Assembly: GCA_046757525.1 (NCBI GenBank)
Contig: JBHHYI010000047.1
Span: forward strand, 1 to 25,562
Reading direction: 5' to 3'
Origin: a bacterium
GTDB taxonomy: Bacteria > Zhuqueibacterota > Zhuqueibacteria > Oceanimicrobiales > Oceanimicrobiaceae
DNA length: 25,562 nucleotides
Made by a program: the position numbers and the translations under genes. The notes beneath the pieces are model-generated. The model did no database searches and was not told where the DNA came from. It worked only from the letters and a program-made list of their open reading frames with translations. Below, in pieces: positions 9,280 to 17,315 of the stretch; within the stretch, counting starts at the first letter, position 1; each line of letters begins with the position of its first letter.

Positions 9280-10083
9280 TCAAAAGGTTGAGTAGAATAA
9301 TGCCGTAAACAAAACGTCCGCGGCGATGATCAGAAAGATTGAAGCCACTACCGACCGCGTCGTCGATTTGCCAACGCCTTCCGCACCCCCGTGCACGAGA
9401 AAGCCCTCGTAGCATCCTATGTTGGCTATAATTAGCGCGAAAAAGACACTCTTGGTCAAGCCACTGAAAAGATCCCTGAAGAACAGGGCCGAGATGGTCT
9501 GGTCCAGGTAGCGGACGCTGGAAATGTTCAGAGTCACCATGGCAATCATATACCCGCCCAGGATGCCCACCAAATCCGCAATGATGGTCAGGCATGGCAA
9601 CATGATCAGCATGGCCAAGGTTCTGGGCACGGCCAGGAATCGAATGGGATTGAGCCCCATCGTCTTCAAGGCGTCGATTTCTTCCGAAACCTGCATGGTT
9701 CCGATTTCAGCAGTGATTGCAGAACCGCTGCGCCCGGTGATTACAATAGCCGTCAGCAGCGGTGACAGCTCGCGAATGATCGACACCAGCACTAAATCGG
9801 CCACGTAAATGGTGGCGCCAAATTGCTGCAACTGGTAGGCAGACTGCATGGCGATAATCAGTCCTACAAAGAACGCGATGAGGCAAACGATGGGGATGGA
9901 ATCGACGCCGATCTTGACCATCTGCTCCGCAGTCGCTTTAAGACTAAAACCTTTCTTCTTAAATGGCGCAACAAATGTCCAATACAGAGTTTCGCCGATC
10001 AGTTTGGCAAAACGGTCTACATGACCAAGGACTTCAAACGCAAATCGGCCGATGTTGCCTGCTAATTTGATCAACATTTCCAA
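9280..10083 (-). CDS. mlaE: MlaE-family ABC permease
   Basis: RELSPLLTAIVITGRSGSAITAEIGTMQVSEEIDALKTMGLNP and GGAEGVGKSTTRSVV are MlaE signatures. No fused N-terminal STAS domain. Start is TTG 10083 or ATG 10077. Confidence 0.93.
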   Translation of the reverse strand: MEMLIKLAGNIGRFAFEVLGHVDRFAKLIGETLYWTFVAPFKKKGFSLKATAEQMVKIGVDSIPIVCLIAFFVGLIIAMQSAYQLQQFGATIYVADLVLVSIIRELSPLLTAIVITGRSGSAITAEIGTMQVSEEIDALKTMGLNPIRFLAVPRTLAMLIMLPCLTIIADLVGILGGYMIAMVTLNISSVRYLDQTISALFFRDLFSGLTKSVFFALIIANIGCYEGFLVHGGAEGVGKSTTRSVVASIFLIIAADVLFTALFYSTF

Positions 10084-10090
10084 GATTCAG

Positions 10091-10420
10091 TCATCCCCCC
10101 TCAGCGTCTTCCACAGTGGAATAGATGTCAAAAACCTTGTCTAATCGGCTGAGTTCAAATACGTCGCGCACCGCATCGCGCAAATGGGCCAACTTAAACC
10201 TCCCTTCGTACTTGCCGGTTTGCTGCAATCCCTCCACCAGCGTAGCCACGCCTGAACTATCCATGTAGCTCACCTTGCTCAAATCTACGATGATCACATC
10301 TGTCTTATCCGCGGTGAGTTTGAGCACGGCCTCGCGCACCTCCGGGGACGAATAGAGGTCCACCTCACCTTCTATTCTTACCAGCGCCCCATAATCCTTT
10401 TCGATCACATCTATTTCCAT
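10091..10420 (-). CDS. STAS-domain protein (anti-sigma antagonist RsbV/SpoIIAA-like; MlaB position)
   Basis: GEVDLYSSP, DLSKVSYMDSSGVATL (conserved phospho-Ser motif), VFELSRLDKVF. The ATG overlaps the stop of the upstream gene (TAATG). Confidence 0.9.
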   Translation of the reverse strand: MEIDVIEKDYGALVRIEGEVDLYSSPEVREAVLKLTADKTDVIIVDLSKVSYMDSSGVATLVEGLQQTGKYEGRFKLAHLRDAVRDVFELSRLDKVFDIYSTVEDAEGG

Positions 10421-10848
10421 TACTTCTCCTTATGCTCCTTGGTTTCTGGTAAATACTTCGCCAGCGTCAATTGATTGCCATCCTTCAGAGTGTCATCATA
10501 CACGACAACGTCCATGTTGCTTTTGATTAAATGGACGCCCAGGCCTCCGGGCCTGACATCCTCCAATTCCCTTGATTTTATTTTTTTGAGGTCAGCCTTT
10601 TCGCCAAAGTCCCGCAAAACGATTTCCAGGCGATCTTCGAGGATGCGACAGGTGACGACAATAAGCTTGTCGGTTTGCCCTTTGTAAGTATGCTTGATGA
10701 TGTTGGAAGCTGCCTCATCCACGGACAAAGTCACCGCATTGCGGGCTTCTTCCGGGAACCCGCATATATCGCACAAATGGTTTATGCCACACCGCACGAT
10801 TTTCAGCAATCTTGGGTCACTGGGAACTCTTATTTCTACCACTTCCAC
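10420..10848 (-). CDS. RsbW/SpoIIAB-like serine kinase (anti-sigma factor type, HATPase_c_2)
   Basis: N-box DEAASNIIKH, RDFG, GGLGVHLIKSNMD, GNQLTL; GTG start. Confidence 0.88.
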   Translation of the reverse strand: MEVVEIRVPSDPRLLKIVRCGINHLCDICGFPEEARNAVTLSVDEAASNIIKHTYKGQTDKLIVVTCRILEDRLEIVLRDFGEKADLKKIKSRELEDVRPGGLGVHLIKSNMDVVVYDDTLKDGNQLTLAKYLPETKEHKEK

Positions 10849-10909
10849 GGCAACAACTCCTCATCATCCCAAGTATTTCAAATTAATTGGAACCTCTCCA
10901 ACGAAGATT

Positions 10910-12265
10910 TTACCCCCACTTTAAGCCAACGATTGTAATATCATCATGCTGAGGAGAACCCGCAGAAAACCTGTGAATTTCCTGCATGAGCGCGTCAACC
11001 ATCGCCTCCACTGATTTCTTAGCCGGCGTCAGGAATTCCAAAACACGCTCCAGAGAATAGGGCTGGCCCGTTTTGTTTTTTGCCTCGATGACGCCATCCG
11101 TAATCATGATGATGCGATCGCCTTTTTTCAATCGAACCTCGCTTTGTCCATAAGAAAAACCAGACACGATGCCCAACGGGACCCCCTTACTGTGATTGAG
11201 CAATTCGACTTTGTTGTCCAGTGGGCTAACCCGGATAAAGGGGATGTGACCTGCGTTCGCAAAGGCAAATCTCCCCTCAGAGGCGTTGAGCACTCCGTAT
11301 TGAAATGTCACAAACATTCCCTGCCGGCTGCGTTCGGACAAGGTGTTGTTCAAGATTTCCATGACCTGTGCGGGGTCCTGGTAGACCTGAGTGTACAATC
11401 TGAAATCGCTGACCAACCGGGCCATGAAAAGAGCCGCAGGGATGCCTTTGCCGGAAACGTCACCGACTGTTACGCCGAGGGTGTCCTTGTCGAATTCGAT
11501 AAAGTCGTAGAAATCGCCACCCACCGCAGTGGCCGGAGTGGTTTGAGCAGCCACTTCGAATTGTTGGTCCTCAGAGCTGGGAAAGTTTTCCGGCATGAAA
11601 CTCTGCTGAATGACCTTGGCGGCCTGCAACTGCTGTTCCAGTTTCTGCTTTTCTAATTCTAAATGGTACATGCGTGCATTTTCAATGGCCAGCGCCACCT
11701 GCCGACAGAAGGTGGAAAAAAGCTTCAGATCGTCTTCATCAAAGGCTTTACCGTCCACGCGGTTGATAACCTCGGCCACGCCAATCAGCTTCTCCTTGAC
11801 GATCAACGGCGCAGCCAGGATGGTGCGGGTCTGAAACCCTGTTGAGCGGTCAATTCTTGACGAAAAGCGCGGATCCTTGCTCACGTCGGGCACAATCAGC
11901 GGGCTGCCATGCTCTGCCACCCACCCGGCAATGCCCTCGCCGATCTTGAGATGCATCTTCTTTTTCACCTGCTCACCCACCTCGCCAAGTGCCCAGGCGC
12001 ACTCCAGCGTGTCGTCTTTGGTTTTCAGCATCACAGAACTTGCCTCTGCCTTCATTACACTTTGCGCCTTTTCCATGACCAACCCAATCAGGCTATCGAG
12101 ATCATTGGTAGAATTGATGATTATACTCACTTCAATTAGGCTGGAAAGATCCTCCACTTTGGCACGCAAGTAACCTATTTCCTCTTGCCAGGCCAAACTT
12201 TCGGCCACGCCCCTTTGATCGTTTGTAGTTCTCCGTTGCTGTGCCATGTTATTGTTTGCTAACAT
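10910..12265 (-). CDS. GAF + SpoIIE/RsbU-type PP2C phosphatase
   Basis: GAF domain (GEGIAGWVA...VPDVSKDPRF...PL...IGVAEVIN), coiled-coil linker, and PP2C motifs VGGDFYD, GDVSGKG, MFVT, NAGH, TDGVIEA, DDIT. Start may be ATG 12247. Confidence 0.92.
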   Translation of the reverse strand: MLANNNMAQQRRTTNDQRGVAESLAWQEEIGYLRAKVEDLSSLIEVSIIINSTNDLDSLIGLVMEKAQSVMKAEASSVMLKTKDDTLECAWALGEVGEQVKKKMHLKIGEGIAGWVAEHGSPLIVPDVSKDPRFSSRIDRSTGFQTRTILAAPLIVKEKLIGVAEVINRVDGKAFDEDDLKLFSTFCRQVALAIENARMYHLELEKQKLEQQLQAAKVIQQSFMPENFPSSEDQQFEVAAQTTPATAVGGDFYDFIEFDKDTLGVTVGDVSGKGIPAALFMARLVSDFRLYTQVYQDPAQVMEILNNTLSERSRQGMFVTFQYGVLNASEGRFAFANAGHIPFIRVSPLDNKVELLNHSKGVPLGIVSGFSYGQSEVRLKKGDRIIMITDGVIEAKNKTGQPYSLERVLEFLTPAKKSVEAMVDALMQEIHRFSAGSPQHDDITIVGLKWG

Positions 12266-12288
12266 TTTTAAAGTTTAGAATAAACAAA

Positions 12289-12317
12289 AAGATAAAATAA
12301 AAGCACTTCAAAAGCAA
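12289..12317 (-). promoter_or_regulatory. Putative sigma70-type promoter for the partner-switch / MCE operon
   Basis: Minus strand TTGCTT-N17-TATCTT just upstream of the GAF-PP2C start. Confidence 0.35.
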
Positions 12318-12401
12318 GAAAAAAAAGGAAATGCCAATATTTCTTAATTGTAATAAAATTCAAGAATTAGGTAGATTTTGATCCAGAAAAACAAAGACCA
12401 C

Positions 12402-12437
12402 TGTCCAATTTCCGCACACATGTTCCATTCGGACACA
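12402..12437. promoter_or_regulatory. Tandem putative enhancer (UAS) sites for a sigma54 activator
   Basis: TGTCCAATTTCCGCACA (12402-12418) and TGTTCCATTCGGACACA (12421-12437), both TGT-N11-ACA, about 90-125 bp upstream of the -24 element. Confidence 0.55.
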
Positions 12438-12484
12438 GATGTGTTATTGCGCTCCCACAAGAAAAATTAGCTTAACACTATTAC

Positions 12485-12497
12485 AACCAATATCTTA
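12485..12497 (+). promoter_or_regulatory. Putative IHF-type binding site
   Basis: AACCAATATCTTA has one mismatch to WATCAANNNNTTR, is preceded by an A-tract, and lies between the UAS and the sigma54 promoter. Confidence 0.35.
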
Positions 12498-12524
12498 CCT
12501 TAATGCACGTCACAAGCTTCAATA

Positions 12525-12540
12525 TGGCACACTAATTGCC
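12525..12540 (+). promoter_or_regulatory. Sigma54 (RpoN) -24/-12 promoter
   Basis: TGGCAC-ACTAA-TTGC: match to TGGCAC-N5-TTGC with GG (12526-27) and GC (12538-39) 12 bp apart, oriented towards the FHA / kinase cluster. Confidence 0.8.
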
Positions 12541-12593
12541 TTAAATAAAATCGGAAAGATAGAAGATGATCTCTCTTTTTGGTCCATCCACTA

Positions 12594-12750
12594 CGACATT
12601 CGAATAGAATGAAACGCACTACGCTATGTCACTCTCGCACGTTTCAGGTGGGGCAACCTTCCTAACGATTTCGGATGTCGAAGTCAGCCATGACTGACGT
12701 AGCGCTGACAAGTATTATGAAGCTCCATTCAAGCAGACGGTGAATGCTTC
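12594..12750 (+). ncRNA. Candidate structured leader RNA (three-way junction plus possible pseudoknot), family unknown
   Basis: Hand-found pairings: 12594-12604/12670-12680; 12610-12616/12640-12646; a GCAA-capped hairpin 12646-12663; loop 12622-12631 complementary to 12695-12704; hairpin 12719-12750. G-U pairs favour the + strand. Confidence 0.35.
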
Positions 12751-12859
12751 GGTAACGGAAATTGGTGCGTTTGGGAAAGCAGTCAGGATGAGGCGAAACT
12801 TAACAGAGCTTATCTGCGGAAAGTCATAATATTTTACTTGAGTTGTCACCCTCACACAG

Positions 12860-15514
12860 ATGCCAAAACTGATCATAAAAAGAGAGGATATTCTCATCCG
12901 AAAGCTGTTAATACCCGCCCAAATAGCTGCGTGCACAATTGGTTCAGACCAGGGCAATGACATCATCATCGAAGATGAGAGCATCTCCATGTTCCATTTT
13001 CAACTTGAAAAAGAAGACGAGAAGTATTTCCTACGCGACTTGCTGAGCCACTCCGGAACCTACTTGAACGGCAAGAAAATCAAAGACAGAACCCCATTGC
13101 GAAACTTCGACGAAATCAGCGTCGGCAATCATACGATTGTTTTTGAACATTTGGAAACAGAACCGGGCCCCCGGCATCTCATGGACAATTATGAACTGGA
13201 CGATAAGTTCATCAGTCAAAACATAGAGGACAAGATTGCCAATGTGCCCTCTCTGACCAACTTGAACGCGTTCCTGAACCAGGAAAGCGGTCCCTCCCTC
13301 AATAACGAACACGACAAGCCCGACAACGCCGAGGATTTGAACGGCGAATCCTTGCTCGAGATGTCTGTGCAACCACCGCCATTCTCGCAAGACGCGGTCC
13401 TTGCCATTCCGTCAAATGCGACCCGCCCAGAAAGCGAAAACCTGCCTGAATTGTTTGTTGACGAACCTCCAGAATTGTTAGTCGACGAACCTCCCGACTT
13501 ATTAGTTGAGGAGCCACCTGAATCGTCGGCTGAGGATTCTCCTGAAGTGTTGGCTGAGGATCCTCCTGAATTGTTGGTCGAGGAACCTCCAAAGAAAATC
13601 GATTTAACCTACTACCTGCTGGGAATATACGGCCCCTATCGCGGGCGCAAATTCAGGCTCAAAAAAAACGTCACCCGGATCGGCCGTGACCGCAAGCGTA
13701 GCGACATCCTCATCCGCAAGGATGCCAAAGGCAATACCGACTATGCGGTGTCTCGAAACCACGCAATCGTTAAGCGTAAAGGCAACGAATTTTACATCTT
13801 GGACAAGAAAAGCAGAGGGGGGACCTTTGTCAACAACAAAAGAGTCGAGAAGTATGATGAAATCTTGCTTTCCCCTGGAGATGAAATCGAGATCACCAGG
13901 GGACGACGCAGCCACATTTTTAGACTGATCGAGCAAGGCAATTGGGACGCTTCACCACCACGCAAGGCGGGCCCCTGGTATGTCCGTCACCCCAGGGCTT
14001 TTGTCAACATCCTTTCCCTGGTATTGCTTTTTTGGGCAGCCTTCTTTCTGTTTCACTTTTTGCAAAAAAGAGCGTCCGCAGCAAAAACAGTAAATCTCCG
14101 CGTGGTCGACGAAGGGCTCTGGTACAAAGATGAACTTTCATCGGGAATCAACAAATCTCCAGCCTTCGATGCCAATTCCGGACACAGCCTGGCTGACATC
14201 AACGATGATCACTACCTCGACGTGGTTTTTGTCGATAAGGATGATTACATCAAAATCATAGATGGCAAGACCCGAGATCTGTTTTTGTTTAAGAGCGCCT
14301 ACCAGGCGTCTCCAGACATCCCCATCACCCTGGTAGATTTGAACAGCAATGGCAAGCCGGATATTCTGGTGGTGACAAAAGAGTTGCGTTTGCAAGCGAT
14401 TGAAGGCAATACGGGAATAGAATTGTGGAGGAGTCCCATCCTTGCAAGTCCACTCACCGGCCCTCCGGTGGTTGCAGACCTCAACGGCGACCGCTTGCAA
14501 GACGTGGCCATTGCGTCGCGGACGTTTCTGTACGTCGGATATGGCGGGCTGCGAAGAATGAGGTGGACGAAAATCAACTGCGGTGTCGCTCTTTCGTCCA
14601 TGGTTTCTGCTGTGGATCTCACCGGGTCTGGTAGGGCCAAGCTGATCGTCGGCACGCTTACCGGCAATCTATTGATTGTTGACGGCGTACAGAAGAGAAT
14701 CATTCAAAACTTGAACCTGCGCGATCGTTTGAATACGGAGTTGGCAATCCGGCCAGGGAGGCAGGCGGTTTACGCCTCGGTAGCAGTTGGCGACCTCCAG
14801 GGCGACCGCATTCCAGACTTTGTGGTTGAGACCCTGGACGGCCATTTAGTCGCTATTGACAGCAGACGCTTGACTCCTATTTGGAAAGACGAAATCGGAG
14901 CGATTTCGGAGTTAGGCCTTAGCCCTTGCCAGAATCTCTCCCTGGGGGACTTAGATGGCGACGAAAATGCAGATGTGGTCGTACTGACCCGAGACGGCCT
15001 CCTGCGTGCCTGGAAGGGCGCTGGCCAAAATGGCCACAAAAAAATCCTTTGGGAACAATTTAACTCGGAGGCAGCGCCCTTCACCGGCCCTCCCATTTTG
15101 GCTGACCTGGACTTCAATGGCACCGCCGATGTGCTTACCTATGATCAGCAGGGGGTCCTCTACCTCTTCGAGGGCGCTGACGGCCGCTTGCTCTGGCAGA
15201 GTCACACAAATCCGGCCCCGGTCAAGGGGTTGCCACTCATAGGAGATGTGGACAGGGACGGCCATCTGGACTTGCTGGCGTTGCGAGATGACGGCAATTA
15301 TTACCGGTACGCTACCAACCGCGTGATGGCCAAAAGTGGCGTGGTTTGGGGGCAACTCGCCGGGAACGCCGCACATTCGGGCCTTTCCCCTTACGTGCAA
15401 CCAGTCGAATCGAGCTATTACGTCTACATGACCATTGCGGCCTTTTTGTTCATCGCTGCGTTTGCAATAAATATTGGGTACAGAAAAAACACCAGGAGCG
15501 TTCTTTACCTCTAA
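12860..15514 (+). CDS. Double-FHA membrane protein with extracytoplasmic FG-GAP/VCBS-type beta-propeller (paralog A)
   Basis: FHA1 (IGSD...SMFH...GTYLNG), acidic Pro-rich linker, FHA2 (IGRD...SRNH...GTFVNN), TM (ILSLVLLFWAAFFLFHFL), eight DxNxDGxxD-like loops, WGQ...NAAHSG closure, C-terminal TM and short basic tail. Confidence 0.85.
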   Translation: MPKLIIKREDILIRKLLIPAQIAACTIGSDQGNDIIIEDESISMFHFQLEKEDEKYFLRDLLSHSGTYLNGKKIKDRTPLRNFDEISVGNHTIVFEHLETEPGPRHLMDNYELDDKFISQNIEDKIANVPSLTNLNAFLNQESGPSLNNEHDKPDNAEDLNGESLLEMSVQPPPFSQDAVLAIPSNATRPESENLPELFVDEPPELLVDEPPDLLVEEPPESSAEDSPEVLAEDPPELLVEEPPKKIDLTYYLLGIYGPYRGRKFRLKKNVTRIGRDRKRSDILIRKDAKGNTDYAVSRNHAIVKRKGNEFYILDKKSRGGTFVNNKRVEKYDEILLSPGDEIEITRGRRSHIFRLIEQGNWDASPPRKAGPWYVRHPRAFVNILSLVLLFWAAFFLFHFLQKRASAAKTVNLRVVDEGLWYKDELSSGINKSPAFDANSGHSLADINDDHYLDVVFVDKDDYIKIIDGKTRDLFLFKSAYQASPDIPITLVDLNSNGKPDILVVTKELRLQAIEGNTGIELWRSPILASPLTGPPVVADLNGDRLQDVAIASRTFLYVGYGGLRRMRWTKINCGVALSSMVSAVDLTGSGRAKLIVGTLTGNLLIVDGVQKRIIQNLNLRDRLNTELAIRPGRQAVYASVAVGDLQGDRIPDFVVETLDGHLVAIDSRRLTPIWKDEIGAISELGLSPCQNLSLGDLDGDENADVVVLTRDGLLRAWKGAGQNGHKKILWEQFNSEAAPFTGPPILADLDFNGTADVLTYDQQGVLYLFEGADGRLLWQSHTNPAPVKGLPLIGDVDRDGHLDLLALRDDGNYYRYATNRVMAKSGVVWGQLAGNAAHSGLSPYVQPVESSYYVYMTIAAFLFIAAFAINIGYRKNTRSVLYL
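13445..13588 (+). repeat. In-frame 24-bp tandem repeat, 6 copies (PELLV[D/E]EP)
   Basis: PELFVDEP / PELLVDEP / PDLLVEEP / PESSAEDS / PEVLAEDP / PELLVEEP; DNA unit approximately CCTGAATTGTTRGTYGASGAWCCT. Confidence 0.9.
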
Positions 15515-15625
15515 ACAAGGTCGTGCTGCCTTGAGTTTCGCTTCCAGCGCGGCGCAACAGAATCGGCGCTTCTCCTCAACAGAGGTTTTATAGGGTTGTA
15601 AAACCAAACTCTACTCAAGCTTTCA

Positions 15626-16975
15626 ATGGCAAAATCTACAAAAGTCCAAATTAGAACGGCTGTTGCAACCGATGTCGGCAATCTAAGAAAAGTCAACGAG
15701 GACAGCCACTTTGTCGCTCAGGACGGAAATCTTGTGATCGTTTGCGACGGAATGGGGGGACACGTAGCCGGCGGGTTCTCCAGCAAACTGGCAATCGAAA
15801 CCATGAAAGACGTTTTCCAAAATCTTGAACAGGAACACGTCGACCGGGTTACCGCAGACATGGACGAAAGTTTCGGCCCGACGATCCGCCGACTCGTAGC
15901 AGCCGTCCGGATCGCCAACAGAAGAATCTTCAAAATTGCCATAAGAATTCCCACCCTTCGAGGCATGGGCACCACCATGGTAGCGCTGTCGTTTGACAAA
16001 AACTTCGCGCACATGGTTCATGTTGGGGACAGCCGCATTTTCAGGGCGCGCAAGGGAAAGCTCGATCAACTTACTGAAGATCATTCTTTGTTGAATGAGC
16101 TCATCCAGGACAAGGAGCTCAAACCCGAGGAAATCACGGTTTTTATGCACAAAAACATCATTACTCGGGCTCTGGGCACCAGCTTAAATGTCAAAATCGA
16201 TCTCTGTTCTGAAAAATACAAGAAAGACGATCTCTACATTCTAAGCACCGATGGCCTGCACAATGCCTTGGCTACCGGCGAGCTCCAGGCAATCAGCGAG
16301 GATGACGCCGTGACGCTGGAAGAAAAAGCAGAGGCGCTGATCGAAGTAGCCAAGAAAAGAGACGGCAGCGACAACATGACCATCGCCCTGGCACACGTGC
16401 TGCAAAACAGCAAACGGACCCAGGCAAAGAGTGTGGCGGCAACCATCCCGGAAGAAAAAAGCAATGTCTCGGCCAAAGAAGACAAGCTCATTCACAAGAG
16501 GTACAACGACGCCCACCTGACCCTTAGCAAAAGGAACCACACGAACAAACGATTCTTTGTGGTTGCGGGCTTTGTACTCCTGGCCGCCATATTTGGGTAC
16601 GGGTTTGGGCATTATTCGCAGCAGGAGAAAACCAATTATGTCAGCGATTCCCTACCCTACATTTCTGTGAAAAGAAACGCGGAATTGAAAGGCAACCGCG
16701 CTTTCGGGGATGCCTGGGGCACGAAAACGGAGCGACCGTCCCGAGCCAACGTGCAAAAAGACGCGGTCATGGCCATCCTTCTGTTCAACAGCCTGGAGGA
16801 TTTTGAGCAGGCGGTAGTAAACAGCCACGAAATCGTTTACGACTGGTGGTACCCCTATCTGTACCAACGTGGCGATTCCCAGGTCAAAAAGTTTTCATTC
16901 ACCTTGTTGGACTCCTCCAACAAGGAACTTCGACGGACCGAGCAGATTCTTTTGCCACCATTGCTGACAGAATAA
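15626..16975 (+). CDS. Stp1/PrpC-type PP2C Ser/Thr phosphatase with C-terminal TM and extracytoplasmic domain
   Basis: DVGNLRKVNEDS, VCDGMGGH, GMGTT, HVGDSR, LTEDHS, NIITRALG, STDGL, DGSDNMT; TM FFVVAGFVLLAAIFGYGFG. Confidence 0.92.
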   Translation: MAKSTKVQIRTAVATDVGNLRKVNEDSHFVAQDGNLVIVCDGMGGHVAGGFSSKLAIETMKDVFQNLEQEHVDRVTADMDESFGPTIRRLVAAVRIANRRIFKIAIRIPTLRGMGTTMVALSFDKNFAHMVHVGDSRIFRARKGKLDQLTEDHSLLNELIQDKELKPEEITVFMHKNIITRALGTSLNVKIDLCSEKYKKDDLYILSTDGLHNALATGELQAISEDDAVTLEEKAEALIEVAKKRDGSDNMTIALAHVLQNSKRTQAKSVAATIPEEKSNVSAKEDKLIHKRYNDAHLTLSKRNHTNKRFFVVAGFVLLAAIFGYGFGHYSQQEKTNYVSDSLPYISVKRNAELKGNRAFGDAWGTKTERPSRANVQKDAVMAILLFNSLEDFEQAVVNSHEIVYDWWYPYLYQRGDSQVKKFSFTLLDSSNKELRRTEQILLPPLLTE

Positions 16976-17315
16976 ATAATGAGCCTAACATTTCTCACTT
17001 TACCTGCGGTCACAAAGAGTCTACCGCAACTGTCATTCAGTAGGAATCTTTTTGATTTTCAGCAAAGACGCTGCTCGACACTCATTTCTTAAAATTAAAA
17101 AGATTCTTCCAGAATTACAGGTAAGGTCTTGTTAATATGATAGTTTTATCCTCTTGTCGAAGTGAGAAATGCTAGTACTGAGCCTTTTTCTTGCGGCGCT
17201 ATTTGCACCCAAGCGCCACTCAATTCAGTGCCTTTGCAGGTAGTATTGCTAATGAGGCATTGGGCCGAAAAGGTCAATTTTTCTAATTTGCAGAGATGAA
17301 ACCCGGGGATATTAA

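Noticed and set aside
9269..9595. 108-aa minus-strand ORF overlapping mlaE in another frame
   Set aside because: Shadow frame of a well-conserved mlaE; no recognisable motif.
12780..12800. CAGGATGAGGCGAAAC resembling a hammerhead core or a CsrA site
   Set aside because: Lacks the exact CUGAUGA core and stem II; GGA motifs in the leader are not enriched above chance.
12715..12990. 91-aa minus-strand ORF over the leader and start of FHA paralog A
   Set aside because: Overlaps the real gene antisense, lacks an RBS and has no recognisable motif.
13445..13588. 24-bp repeats considered as a CRISPR array
   Set aside because: Head-to-tail with no spacers, in frame within a CDS, and no cas genes nearby.
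16979..17092. 37-codon ORF after the phosphatase stop
   Set aside because: No RBS or recognisable features; length expected by chance.
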